This document shows, in pieces, positions 32,608-42,991 of a DNA stretch of 64,000 nucleotides (positions are counted from its first letter, which is position 1; each line of letters opens with the position of its first letter). Below the pieces are notes generated by a model. The model had not been told where the DNA came from. It saw only the letters and a program-made list of their open reading frames with translations, and did not search any database. The DNA lies in contig CAVYGN010000002.1 in NCBI GenBank assembly GCA_963768055.1, positions 1-64,000 of the forward strand, given 5' to 3'. The translations under genes and the position numbers were made by a program. The stretch comes from an uncultured Spirochaetota bacterium (lineage in GTDB: Bacteria; Spirochaetota; Brevinematia; Brevinematales; JAOACQ01).

Positions 32608-33930
32608 TTAAAATCTGGTCCCGTAATTCAATAAAAGTTCATTTTGATTTATATCGTAGCCTAAATATAAATTATCAACTACCAGGCCGACAAGAAAATC
32701 GGTGTTTTTTAATCCGGCTTCAATTGCTATAAATCTCGCAAAATAATACCTGAGGCTAAGGTAATAAAACATTTCATTCCAGTATAATAATTCATAACTG
32801 TTTCCGTTTATAATGTCCAATGTCGCATATTTATTGAACTGGTTATAATATGAATAATACAATGAAAGCCCTGCGGAAAGCGAAGGGAATATAAAATATC
32901 CGATACTGGTTTCGATTCCGAAATTAATATAGTCGTCGTTTATACTGTATAAATTGTTTGGATCACCCAAATTACAATAACTGAAATGATAATAGTAGAA
33001 CACCGGAGTAATTTCAAAACCGAACTTGTGGTCGTCAGATTTATAAACCTGCATGGGAAATTGAAGTTCTGTCCCAATAAAATAACCCGAATAATAGACA
33101 TAATCCGAGATTTGAAACCATTCATTGAACTGAATTGTAAGATTTGCCCCGATTATTGCGCCATAGGTCGTTGCATATCCCACGACTAAACCAAACGACA
33201 TCGTATTGGGATTGGGCCAGTGATAATTAAAACCCGAATTGAAACAGGCCCCGTCATCGTATTTTGCAATATCATTACTCAATATCTCTTCTGGGAATAT
33301 AATGCCCGAATTGCTTATAGTCCCGTAAGAGTAAAGTATTTCCTTATCATATCCGTTAGTGTTTTCCGACAGATTCTCGGAAAATAATTTAGAATAACGC
33401 TGCACTGACTGATTGACGAACGTATTATAATTCGAAAGGGCCATGGCCTTATCGCCGAGCATTTCATAGCACCTGGCCTTTAAAAAAAGTATATCCGAAT
33501 ATTTTATTATTTCAGGATAAAGGGAGATCAATTTGTCAAAATCTTTAATAGCCCCCGCATAATCCGATTTTTTTATTTTTTTAACGCCCGAGAAATAAAC
33601 GCTCCCATATTCATAATTAATATTCATATCCAGATATTTAAATTTTTCTTTTTGAGAAAGCTCATTATAATAATTATTATAATACTCGTTAGTCCTGTAT
33701 TTTTCTTCCAGCAGCCAGTAATTATTATATTTGCTCACGAAGGTATCTTTGTCTTCACCAGCCCTGATCAAATTTGAATTGTCATCGCGAAGAAATACCT
33801 TATCCTGGCCGCCTTCAAATGTACCGGCGTAAAGGCCCCTGTCCTTATCGAGATCGATTTGAGTGATTTTCCGCGTCGCCGAACAGGAAAAAATTATCAG
33901 GGGCAGGATTAAAATCAATATTTTTTTCAT
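32608..33930 (-). CDS. TPR lipoprotein with an aromatic beta-rich C-terminal domain
   Basis: Lipobox IFSC, two TPR-like helix pairs, alternating aromatic strands, terminal Phe. Confidence 0.6.
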   Translation of the reverse strand: MKKILILILPLIIFSCSATRKITQIDLDKDRGLYAGTFEGGQDKVFLRDDNSNLIRAGEDKDTFVSKYNNYWLLEEKYRTNEYYNNYYNELSQKEKFKYLDMNINYEYGSVYFSGVKKIKKSDYAGAIKDFDKLISLYPEIIKYSDILFLKARCYEMLGDKAMALSNYNTFVNQSVQRYSKLFSENLSENTNGYDKEILYSYGTISNSGIIFPEEILSNDIAKYDDGACFNSGFNYHWPNPNTMSFGLVVGYATTYGAIIGANLTIQFNEWFQISDYVYYSGYFIGTELQFPMQVYKSDDHKFGFEITPVFYYYHFSYCNLGDPNNLYSINDDYINFGIETSIGYFIFPSLSAGLSLYYSYYNQFNKYATLDIINGNSYELLYWNEMFYYLSLRYYFARFIAIEAGLKNTDFLVGLVVDNLYLGYDINQNELLLNYGTRF

Positions 33931-34099
33931 GATAAAATGACTCCTGATATTAAACGAAAATCGGTCGATTGATCTTAAATTATCCGAAAGAAATTTTCAA
34001 TATTTTTCATGTTTTCCCCCCTTTTCCTGAATTTGCTTAGTAAAGGTTTTTATTTTAAAATATGGTGAGCTTGGATTCGATTCGGGACGGAGGCCATTA

Positions 34100-34804
34100 G
34101 TGTATTCTCCAAGAGTGAAGATCTGCGGGATCAAAACATTGGAAATAGCCGAATGCGCGGTTGAAAACAGCGCCGATTCCCTGGGTTTTGTCTTTTTCGA
34201 AAGGAGCCCGAGAGCTGTGGATCTAACCACGGCCCGCGGGATTATTTCAAATCTGCCCCCCTTCGTCAATAAAACCGGCGTCTTCGTCGATAAAAATTTC
34301 AATGAAATAATGGAAACTGTCGAAAAGACCGGCATAGATACGATACAGCTCCAGGGTGAAACACAAATGTACGACAGGGCGTTTATTGAAAATTTATCTG
34401 CAGGAATTCCTTTACCCGTTATACTTACTTTAAGGATGGAAATCATTGATGAAAACTCCATAGGTTCTTTGATGAACGACAGTTACCCGGGTGTAAATGC
34501 ATGGCAGATAGACAGTAAAGACCCGTTGGAATATGGCGGAACCGGCAAATCCGCTTTATGGCGGGATATTAGCGATAAAAGGATAGCTGAATTTCTGAGA
34601 TCCAGGGTAATTATCGCAGGCGGCATCAATATCGGCAATATCGGTTCTCTTTTCGAAAAAATGCTTCCTTACGGCATCGATGTTTCAAGCGGCCTGGAAA
34701 AGGAAAGGGGGCGTAAAGACAAAACCCTGATAAAAAGATTTATGGAACACTTAAGGGAAATTTCAGCTCTTTATCCTGAAACTGAGGAAACTGCGCTTTA
34801 TTGA
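34100..34804 (+). CDS. trpF: Phosphoribosylanthranilate isomerase
   Basis: VKICGI, GFVF..SPR, YGGTGK, IAGGI and GIDVSSGLE motifs. Confidence 0.92.
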   Translation: MYSPRVKICGIKTLEIAECAVENSADSLGFVFFERSPRAVDLTTARGIISNLPPFVNKTGVFVDKNFNEIMETVEKTGIDTIQLQGETQMYDRAFIENLSAGIPLPVILTLRMEIIDENSIGSLMNDSYPGVNAWQIDSKDPLEYGGTGKSALWRDISDKRIAEFLRSRVIIAGGINIGNIGSLFEKMLPYGIDVSSGLEKERGRKDKTLIKRFMEHLREISALYPETEETALY

Positions 34805-34815
34805 AAGGAGCTTAT

Positions 34816-35238
34816 ATGGTTAAAAGGATAATAATATTATTTGCACTTGCAACGGTCCTGGGTTCCTGTTCGGACAGTGGCATCAAAAAAAAACCGGTTC
34901 TGAATCAGAAAATCGGGCCGGTCGAGGCTGAAAAAGGCTACGATCTTGTAATGGAGAACATTAACAATCCCGCCTTTGTTATTATAGACGTGAGGTCCGA
35001 AAAGGAATTCGACGCCGGACATATTCCGGGAGCGGTAAATATTGAGTTTAATTCCGGGCAATTCGGTAAAAACATCGGATCTCTTGACAGGAACAAAACA
35101 TATCTTTTATATTGCAGGACCGGCCTGACAAGTGAAATCGTGATTTCAGCTTTCAAAGATCTCGGGTTCAGGGAAGCCTATCATATCTTCGGAGGCCTGA
35201 CGGAATGGATACAAAAGGGGTATCCTGTTGTCAGGTAA
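34816..35238 (+). CDS. Rhodanese-domain lipoprotein
   Basis: IIDVR..EF..GHIPGA, YCRTG and GG..W motifs. Confidence 0.88.
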   Translation: MVKRIIILFALATVLGSCSDSGIKKKPVLNQKIGPVEAEKGYDLVMENINNPAFVIIDVRSEKEFDAGHIPGAVNIEFNSGQFGKNIGSLDRNKTYLLYCRTGLTSEIVISAFKDLGFREAYHIFGGLTEWIQKGYPVVR

Positions 35239-35297
35239 TTCGCAAAAATGATCGGAACATGTTATAATTAACCGCTGCAAAAATACAGGGAGGGGCT

Positions 35298-37268
35298 ATG
35301 AATAAAGCTTCGGATTATAATGCCGAATCCATTGCTGCGCTAAATTACCCTGACGGGATCAGGAAAAGGCCCGATATGTATATCGGCGACAGGGGAATGG
35401 ACGGGTTTCATCATTTATCGTTTGAAATAATAGACAATTCCGTGGACGAACATCTGGCCGGTTTCGCCAAAAATATCCGCGTATCACTTCTCGAATCTTC
35501 CCTTATAGAAGTGGAAGACGACGGAAGGGGCATTCCGGTCGACATGCATCCGACGGAAAAGGTTTCAGCCATAGAAGTAGTGCTGACCAAACTGCATTCG
35601 GGCGGCAAGTTCGACAGGAACTCATACAGGGTTTCAGGCGGCCTCCACGGCGTCGGGCTTTCTGTTGTGAACGCCCTTTCCGAATACCTGGAAGTCGAAG
35701 TGTTCAGGGGCGGCAAGCAATATACGATCCGCTATGAAAAAGGCGTAAAGGCTGAAGAGCTGAAAATTGCCGGAACCTCGAAAAAAATAGGCACAATCGT
35801 GAGGTTCAGACCCGACCCGGAAATTTTCCAGGACCAGAAATTTTCATCCAGCGCCATATCTTCAAGGCTTCGGGAGATAGCGTTTTTAAACCCCGGCCTT
35901 TCAGTACTGTTCGAAGACAGGCTGACCGAGGATCCGGATAAACCCGACACTTTCCTGTCCAAAACCTATCAATATAATAACGGCATAGTCGAATTTATAA
36001 AGAACGAACTCAACAAGGAAATAGAGGTAATCTTTCCGGAACCTATCAAGATCGAAGGTACGCAGGAAGGCATCGAAGTCGAGGTAGTCTTTCAATACCG
36101 TAATACCGGAGACGAACCTGAAATTTACAGCTATGTCAACAGCATCCACACTAAAAACCATGGGATTCATGTAGACGCCTTCTGGACCGCTTATGAAAAA
36201 GTGATGAAGAAATTCGCGGTCAGGCTTAACCTTGATAAAAACGCGGAGAAGGTCGACAAAAAGACCTTATCCTTCGGACTGACATGCGTTATAAATACGA
36301 AGATCCCCAACGCGGAATTCAAGGGGCAGACAAAGGACAAGCTTACCGAACCCGCGGAAGCGAGGACTGCGATCCGTGATATTCTCGACAAAAGTCTCTC
36401 GATCTATTTCGAAAAGAACATAGAACTTTCGGAAGAGATCATTAAAAAAGCCATAGTCGAGTTGAAGGCCCTCCAGGAAGCCGAAAAGGCAAGGGAAGGA
36501 GTAAGGACAGGGCTCGGAATGGGTAAAAGGGGAACGGCGGCCATTATTGCCGGGAAACTTGCCGACTGCTCCACCAAAAAAAAGGAGCTTCGTGAACTCT
36601 TCATAGTCGAAGGAGATTCCGCAGGAGGGTCGGCTAAACAGGGAAGGGACAGGGAGATACAGGCTATCCTGCCTCTCAGGGGAAAAATTTTAAACGTTGA
36701 GAAAAAGATAGAGAAAAGCGCGCTCAATCTAGTCCTGGCTAACGAAGAAATAAAGACTATGATAGCCGTTCTCGGCGCCGGATACTATACAAATTTCGAA
36801 ATCGAAAAACTTAATTATTACAAGATCATCATTATGACCGATGCGGATGTCGACGGGGAACATATAAAGACCCTGCTTTTGACATTCTTTTACCGTTTTA
36901 TGCGACAGCTCATTGAAAATGGAAACGTTTTTGTAGCCCGGCCTCCCCTTTACAAGATTTCGGCGGGTAAGAATCTCGAATACGCTTATAGCGATAACGA
37001 AAGGGACAGCCTGCTTAAATCCAAATTTAAAAATACAAAATATGAAATACAGAGGTATAAAGGGCTTGGTGAGATGAACCCCGATCAGCTCTGGGAAACC
37101 ACCATGAACCCTGCTACAAGAAAAATGACCCGTATCGCCATAACTGATTTCGACGAGGCCGAGAATATGATCAAGATCCTTATGGGAGAAGATTCGAATA
37201 CAGGGGAGAGGAAACGTTTTATCCTTTCCAATGTTAATTTTGTTACAAACGTTGACGATATCGGGTAA
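35298..37268 (+). CDS. Type IIA topoisomerase subunit B (GyrB or ParE)
   Basis: IRKRPDMYIG, DNSVDE, SGGLHGVG, VEGDSAGG, PLRGKILN, TDADVDG and YKGLGEM motifs. Confidence 0.93.
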   Translation: MNKASDYNAESIAALNYPDGIRKRPDMYIGDRGMDGFHHLSFEIIDNSVDEHLAGFAKNIRVSLLESSLIEVEDDGRGIPVDMHPTEKVSAIEVVLTKLHSGGKFDRNSYRVSGGLHGVGLSVVNALSEYLEVEVFRGGKQYTIRYEKGVKAEELKIAGTSKKIGTIVRFRPDPEIFQDQKFSSSAISSRLREIAFLNPGLSVLFEDRLTEDPDKPDTFLSKTYQYNNGIVEFIKNELNKEIEVIFPEPIKIEGTQEGIEVEVVFQYRNTGDEPEIYSYVNSIHTKNHGIHVDAFWTAYEKVMKKFAVRLNLDKNAEKVDKKTLSFGLTCVINTKIPNAEFKGQTKDKLTEPAEARTAIRDILDKSLSIYFEKNIELSEEIIKKAIVELKALQEAEKAREGVRTGLGMGKRGTAAIIAGKLADCSTKKKELRELFIVEGDSAGGSAKQGRDREIQAILPLRGKILNVEKKIEKSALNLVLANEEIKTMIAVLGAGYYTNFEIEKLNYYKIIIMTDADVDGEHIKTLLLTFFYRFMRQLIENGNVFVARPPLYKISAGKNLEYAYSDNERDSLLKSKFKNTKYEIQRYKGLGEMNPDQLWETTMNPATRKMTRIAITDFDEAENMIKILMGEDSNTGERKRFILSNVNFVTNVDDIG

Positions 37269-37306
37269 ACAATCGCAAGTCTGCAGTCATCAGTCTGCGG
37301 AAAATT

Positions 37307-37420
37307 TGTCATTTCGAGCGCAGTGTTTATCCCGACCCGGCAGGGCGGGGAGAAATCTTCCCGATAGAGGATTTCTCGTCCCCCCCTACGGGGATAAACG
37401 CTTCGCTCCTCGAAATGACA
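37307..37420. repeat. REP-like palindromic element
   Basis: TGTCATTTCGAG...GAGAAATC...GATTTCTC...CTCGAAATGACA nested inverted repeats. Confidence 0.75.
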
Positions 37421-37529
37421 GATCTTTTTTAAACTACCGACTGTCGACTCTCGACTGAAGTTATTTGATTATTTTAATCAAGAGCCTTATAATTACTGTC
37501 TATGCAGTCCCATTATATTGGAGGAAGAG

Positions 37530-37721
37530 ATGTCTAGAAAATGCGATGTTTGCGGAAAAGGGCCCATGTACGGCAATAACGTTTCACATTCAAATAGAAA
37601 GACAAGGACCCGCTGGGAACCTAACCTTAAAAAGGTCAAAGCCTCTTTCAACGGCCAGGTTAGAAAAATGAAGATATGTATGGGCTGCCTTCACGCAGGG
37701 AAAGTCGATATCATTCTGTAA
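37530..37721 (+). CDS. rpmB: 50S ribosomal protein L28 (Zn-ribbon form)
   Basis: [31 protein letters not shown]. Confidence 0.95.
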   Translation: MSRKCDVCGKGPMYGNNVSHSNRKTRTRWEPNLKKVKASFNGQVRKMKICMGCLHAGKVDIIL

Positions 37722-37726
37722 GTCAC

Positions 37727-39001
37727 TCACCTGATAATCACGTCATCCCTTTCAAATCCTGTTGATATATATGATATTTTCCTTTCAAGGTGAAACTCAA
37801 GGAATTCTATATATCTCTTTGCCGCGTCAGGCAATTTTGCAAAGTCCCGGATGCCGTTAGTCTTTTCCATCCATCCCTCCAGTTCCATGTAAACCGGTTT
37901 AATGCCGTTAAGTTCCTCAATTGTAGAGGGGAAGTAATCGATCACGCTCCCGTCTTTCATCCGGTATCCTGTGCAAACGTTGATCCTTCCCAGCCCGTCA
38001 AGAACATCGAGCTTGGTCAGAAATACCTCCATAACCCCGCTGATTCCGATTGAATAACGGACTGATACAATGTCGAACCAGCCGCAGCGGCGGGGCCTGC
38101 CTGTTGTCGCGCCGAATTCCTGTCCAGGGATTCTTAAACATTCTCCTTTTTCATCGATAAGTTCAGTCGGGAACGGGCCTTCGCCTACCCTCGTGGTATA
38201 GGCCTTCGTTATTCCGATTATATTTGCGAAAGAAGACGCGCCTATCCCGCTCCCTGCCAGCGCCCCCGCGGTAATAGTGTTTGAGGACGTTACATACGGA
38301 TAAGTACCGAAATCCACATCGAGGAGGGATGCCTGGGCCCCTTCGAAGAGAATATTTTTTCTCTGCGAATGGGCCTCCTGGAGTATATTTTCAGTATAAG
38401 CGACGTAGGGTCTTAACTCTTCCCTGTATTTAATCAGATCGGCAGTCATTACGTCAATCGAAGGGCAGTCGGCCAGATTATAATAATTCTTTAAAATATA
38501 TTCCTTGACTTCGAAGGCCGCAGTGATTTTTTCCCTTAATATGCCCTCTTCTCCGTAGAGATCCGCTATTCTTATACCAAGGCGGTCCGCCTTATCCGCA
38601 TATGCAGGTCCGATACCCCTCTGTGTTGTCCCGATGGCCCTGTTCTTGTTTATTTCTTTTGCTTTATCAAGGATCTTATGATAGGGCATTACAATATGCG
38701 CTTTATTGCTGAGGAACACCCTTCCCTTGACGTCGATTTCCCCGGATATAAAGCTGATTTCCTTTAAAAATTCTTCTATGTCAAGTACCACGCCGTTCCC
38801 GATTACAACGTTGACCTTTTCATTCAGGATTCCCGAAGGCACGAGATGAAAAACAAATTTCTTTTCGCCGACGCGGACAGTATGCCCCGCATTCGCGCCT
38901 CCCTGGAAGCGAACTACATAATCAAAATCCCTCGCAAGATAGTCAATGACCTTTGCCTTTCCTTCATCGCCCCATTGCGTACCCAAAATCACATAAATCA
39001 T
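37727..39001 (-). CDS. purA: Adenylosuccinate synthetase
   Basis: QWGDEGK, GGANAGHT and GATTGRPRRCGW motifs. Confidence 0.97.
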   Translation of the reverse strand: MIYVILGTQWGDEGKAKVIDYLARDFDYVVRFQGGANAGHTVRVGEKKFVFHLVPSGILNEKVNVVIGNGVVLDIEEFLKEISFISGEIDVKGRVFLSNKAHIVMPYHKILDKAKEINKNRAIGTTQRGIGPAYADKADRLGIRIADLYGEEGILREKITAAFEVKEYILKNYYNLADCPSIDVMTADLIKYREELRPYVAYTENILQEAHSQRKNILFEGAQASLLDVDFGTYPYVTSSNTITAGALAGSGIGASSFANIIGITKAYTTRVGEGPFPTELIDEKGECLRIPGQEFGATTGRPRRCGWFDIVSVRYSIGISGVMEVFLTKLDVLDGLGRINVCTGYRMKDGSVIDYFPSTIEELNGIKPVYMELEGWMEKTNGIRDFAKLPDAAKRYIEFLEFHLERKISYISTGFERDDVIIR

Positions 39002-39050
39002 AAGAACCTCTCAAGATCAAATTTAAATAAGGCTTTTACCGCCGGAACCG

Positions 39051-40646
39051 CTAAACTTTTGTACCTCTTTTATCATTTAAAACCGCGTATAAAATCATCG
39101 CTGCCGCAATCAGGGAAACAATATATGGAAAAATAAATCCGAATTTCACATAAATCGTCTCCAGGCCCGTATCGATAAGGGATACGTCTCCGATGTAAAA
39201 CCCTCTCTGGTAATCTCCGACTCCGCCTTCGAAAGTCCCGGTAATATCGATTATGCCGGTCACCCCCGTATTAGTCGCCCTTGCTATAGGCCGCCTGACC
39301 GATATCGCTGTGAGAATTGAACCGGAGAGCATCTGCCACATCGGATGCCGGAAACCCTGCTTATAAGCCCACCCGGCATCGGTTGAATTAATAAAGTAAT
39401 TTACACCCAAACCGATAAATTTTCTCGCAAGCTGGGCATATTGGTCTTCATAACAGATAAGCACCCTGAACCGGGATTTCCTTCCCGTAATGACGTTGAA
39501 ATTTGTCGATGGTGTGTAAGCGCCGGCCCCTTCGATATTCATAATCTCCTTCACAAAAGGAATGGAATCATAACCCGGCATCCATTCCCCGAAAGGGACC
39601 AGGTGGATCTTGGAATTGTCCTGGATAACATCCGTAGCCGGGTCCAGGTATTCAGCGGAATTATAATATTTGCCGTCAGAATATTCGGGAGCGCACATAA
39701 TTATGGGAATGCTGAATTCCTTCGGCATTTTTACGAAACGGATATTTAAACGATTAATCTCTTCATCGGGGTCATAGTTGTTAAGATAAAACCAGACGAC
39801 CGTCCTGACCGTCGATTCGGCCCAGACGATCATGTCAGGGTTAAGTACCGCGGCCTGTGCATTCAGCTTCCAGATTATCCCGTAATTCAGCCATCTGTGC
39901 TCCCACCATGGATCATGCGAGTCTATATCCGGCTGTAAAAGCGCCAGTTTTTCCTTTTTTGACAAAAGAGACATATGCTGATAGTAATTGAACACTATAA
40001 TGCCGTAAAAAATGTTCGAAAGAAAAAGAATTAAAAAAACTAAGATCTTAACGGCGTTTTTCCTGAACGCCTTGCTGACGCTGCCCTTGTCTAAAAGCGA
40101 GCAGATCACATCGGATACAGCCGAGTTTCCAAGGAGAATGAGGAAGCTTATACCCCAGACTCCGAAAATATCGGCACTCTGGATGATTACCGGATATTTC
40201 CACTGTGAATTTCCAAGAAAATTCCAGATAAGGCCATGAAAACCGGCAGATCTTAGAAGTTCACATGAAACCCATAACATCGGAACTGCAAGGTAGCGTA
40301 TTTTTTTCAGCTTCTTGCCGATTATCGCAGTACAGATGAAAAACATGGAATAAAATATTGCGTAGATAGGAATGATTAAAAAAACCGCAGGGAGCCAGAA
40401 TCCGTAAATCCAGAAAAATGAAATGCCGAAATAAACCAGGCTGTAAAAAAACGCATAAATGGCAGTGAGGTGTATTGGTCTGATATAAGAATAAACGAAT
40501 ACGGGTATAAATATGAACCAGACCGTAAAGGAAAGGTTATAAATCGGGAAAGCGAAACCGTAAAAGACCGCCCAGACAAGCCATAGGGAGTTGTCTATAA
40601 TAAGGTCGTTTATTTTTTTATTTTTATTTTCAAAAATCCAGTTCAA
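39051..40646 (-). CDS. lnt: Apolipoprotein N-acyltransferase
   Basis: TM helices; WAE, KIHLVPFGE, ICYE and RATNTG motifs. Confidence 0.92.
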   Translation of the reverse strand: MNWIFENKNKKINDLIIDNSLWLVWAVFYGFAFPIYNLSFTVWFIFIPVFVYSYIRPIHLTAIYAFFYSLVYFGISFFWIYGFWLPAVFLIIPIYAIFYSMFFICTAIIGKKLKKIRYLAVPMLWVSCELLRSAGFHGLIWNFLGNSQWKYPVIIQSADIFGVWGISFLILLGNSAVSDVICSLLDKGSVSKAFRKNAVKILVFLILFLSNIFYGIIVFNYYQHMSLLSKKEKLALLQPDIDSHDPWWEHRWLNYGIIWKLNAQAAVLNPDMIVWAESTVRTVVWFYLNNYDPDEEINRLNIRFVKMPKEFSIPIIMCAPEYSDGKYYNSAEYLDPATDVIQDNSKIHLVPFGEWMPGYDSIPFVKEIMNIEGAGAYTPSTNFNVITGRKSRFRVLICYEDQYAQLARKFIGLGVNYFINSTDAGWAYKQGFRHPMWQMLSGSILTAISVRRPIARATNTGVTGIIDITGTFEGGVGDYQRGFYIGDVSLIDTGLETIYVKFGFIFPYIVSLIAAAMILYAVLNDKRGTKV

Positions 40647-42274
40647 GATTTTACCCGTCGCATTCTGCCTATTACAATTATTATACCGGGCAGAATATAA
40701 AGTAAGAATACCGCAATGGAAATGACGAATAACAATCTCTGCTCAAAGCTTGAAAGCTGAAATCCTGTTATAGCGGTGCTTTTCGGCCTGATTGAAATTT
40801 CTCCTTCCCTGTTAAGAAGGTAATTGACGGAGTTAAGAAACAGATCGGAATTCCCTCCCGTGCTGATATAAGAGTTATTTATAAAATCGCTGTCACCGAA
40901 TACTATCATTCTGGATTCATTTCTGTTAGTTATCTCGCCCTTTCTCGACTCGGAAATATCGAAGTGAACCTTCTTCGCCGCGTATCCCAGAACGAGGGGC
41001 CCTTGCATGTCTTCTTTATCCTGGGAAGCAAATCCCGATTTGATTTTTTTGAGGGAAACTTCGCCGAACGAATTCGCTGATGTTTTTAATAAAGGGGCCA
41101 GCGTCAGATCATCTTTATTCAGCCTGTCTTTTTCAGGGATTTCCAGTATGCCGCAGGATGTCGGCATTACTATCCCTAGATGATTCCTGATCAGGGGCAT
41201 AGTGATCATATGCGGAACAGGATTATTGATTATTACAGTGGTCCTGCCGTATTGCGGAATATAATCCTGATCCTCCACGACCAGGTTTCGATAGTAATAC
41301 AAACCCATCTGCCTCAGAATATCATTAACGGTCAGATGGGTCTCAAGTTCGAGCATTACAAGAACGCTCCCGCCCTGATTTACAAAATTATCGATTTTAT
41401 CGAGTTCATCGGCCGTGAAAGAGTGTGTAGGATTACCTATTATGAGAAGGCCGCAATCTGCCGGTATATCGGGAAAACTCATGAGGTTCAATACCTTCAC
41501 GTTCATATTCTGCTCTTTCAATATCCCGGCCATTCCCGAATAGCCTCTTTCATCTGTCATGGCCGGATTGATCTCGCCATGTCCCTGGAGAATATAAACA
41601 TTCGGGGGCCTGCCCGCAATTACACTTTTTATTGCCAGAGTATAAGCTGCCTCACCCATGTAATTGATCCTGCCGGTCTCTTGGTCGCTGGATACGACCT
41701 TTTTTAAGCTCACGGTTGAAGTATTCCCTTTATAGTCGAATACAACGGTACCGTTCTCGCTTACATTGTATCGATTCGCAAGGGATTTATTCCGGTTGGG
41801 ATCGACGATTGAAAGATTTAGATGACCGCATCTCTCAGTGTAGATCTTAAGCAGGTTATCCTCGTAATCGAGGACCATGTCGCTTTTATCCTGCTGCTTG
41901 AAATAATAAATATTAATATCGTTAGACAGCCTGTTAAGAAGATTTACGGTTTCGCTCGTCAGGCTGTAAAGCCTGGAAGCTGTAAGGTCGATTTTCAAGG
42001 GAAACATTCCGGATAAAAGATACACGAAAATCAGGATCCCGAAAAGTAATATAACCTGGAAAGTCTTATTAATGCCGGTAAGCATGCCGCTTTTCCTGAA
42101 AAAAGCCGGCAGGGCCTTATAATTCAGCGCCAGATAAAATATTATCGAAATAAACGCTGCGAAAAATACAATCCTCGAGGAAAGGTCGTAAATCCCCATG
42201 AGGACATAAAAAACAATCGATGCGCATATCAATGCCGATACAACAATCAGGGCCGCCAGGTTTAATTTTTTCAT
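40643..42274 (-). CDS. GldG-like ABC auxiliary component
   Basis: DLTASRLYSL, GHGE, FGDSDF and N.DLFLN motifs. Confidence 0.85.
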   Translation of the reverse strand: MKKLNLAALIVVSALICASIVFYVLMGIYDLSSRIVFFAAFISIIFYLALNYKALPAFFRKSGMLTGINKTFQVILLFGILIFVYLLSGMFPLKIDLTASRLYSLTSETVNLLNRLSNDINIYYFKQQDKSDMVLDYEDNLLKIYTERCGHLNLSIVDPNRNKSLANRYNVSENGTVVFDYKGNTSTVSLKKVVSSDQETGRINYMGEAAYTLAIKSVIAGRPPNVYILQGHGEINPAMTDERGYSGMAGILKEQNMNVKVLNLMSFPDIPADCGLLIIGNPTHSFTADELDKIDNFVNQGGSVLVMLELETHLTVNDILRQMGLYYYRNLVVEDQDYIPQYGRTTVIINNPVPHMITMPLIRNHLGIVMPTSCGILEIPEKDRLNKDDLTLAPLLKTSANSFGEVSLKKIKSGFASQDKEDMQGPLVLGYAAKKVHFDISESRKGEITNRNESRMIVFGDSDFINNSYISTGGNSDLFLNSVNYLLNREGEISIRPKSTAITGFQLSSFEQRLLFVISIAVFLLYILPGIIIVIGRMRRVKS

Positions 42275-42286
42275 CTTAATAGCCCC

Positions 42287-42991
42287 TTATTTCCATGTCC
42301 TTGATTCTATGATGGTCTTTGAAGAGTATAAGAAAATAAACGCGCCGATTATAAAGTACAGGACATCTTTAATGTTAATCAGGCCTGAAGCGAACTGGTA
42401 ATAATGGTTTGAATATGAAATTTCCTTGAACACCCCTGACAGCGGATTATCGTAAGAATTTGCGAAAATAGATACGATCATGAAAAGAAGAATGAACAGG
42501 AAAGATATAAGCGCTGCAACTACATAATTATCAGTAAGGGCGGAAGCAAGCATTCCGATCGATGCAAAAAGGATTGCCGAAAATAGAATTCCCAGGTAGC
42601 CCGAGAATACTGCGCCCCACTCGATCGAGGTTATAAACATGAGGATCAGCGGAAAAATAAGAAATATGGTATCCGCCAGCAATATAAATATGACGACGCT
42701 CAGGAATTTTCCGAAAACGATCCCCCATGACGTTACGGGAGAAGTCAGAAGAAGTTCATAAGTGCCGAGTTTTTTATCCTCCGATAGAAGGCGGATAGCC
42801 AGGACAGGAATTATGAAGAGAGAAACTGTGTTCATATCTGAAAAAAAAGAGGAAAAGTCGCTTGTGTTCCTTGCACCCAAAAAGTAAAGGTTGAACAGGA
42901 TAACGGACATAATAAGATAAACACCCATTACCATGTAACCCATCCAGGAAGTAAAATAAATCCTTAGTTCCTTTTTCAGAATTGCCGTCAT
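42287..42991 (-). CDS. GldF-like ABC-2 permease
   Basis: KKELRIYF and EDKKLGTYELLLTSP..GKFL motifs. Confidence 0.9.
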   Translation of the reverse strand: MTAILKKELRIYFTSWMGYMVMGVYLIMSVILFNLYFLGARNTSDFSSFFSDMNTVSLFIIPVLAIRLLSEDKKLGTYELLLTSPVTSWGIVFGKFLSVVIFILLADTIFLIFPLILMFITSIEWGAVFSGYLGILFSAILFASIGMLASALTDNYVVAALISFLFILLFMIVSIFANSYDNPLSGVFKEISYSNHYYQFASGLINIKDVLYFIIGAFIFLYSSKTIIESRTWK

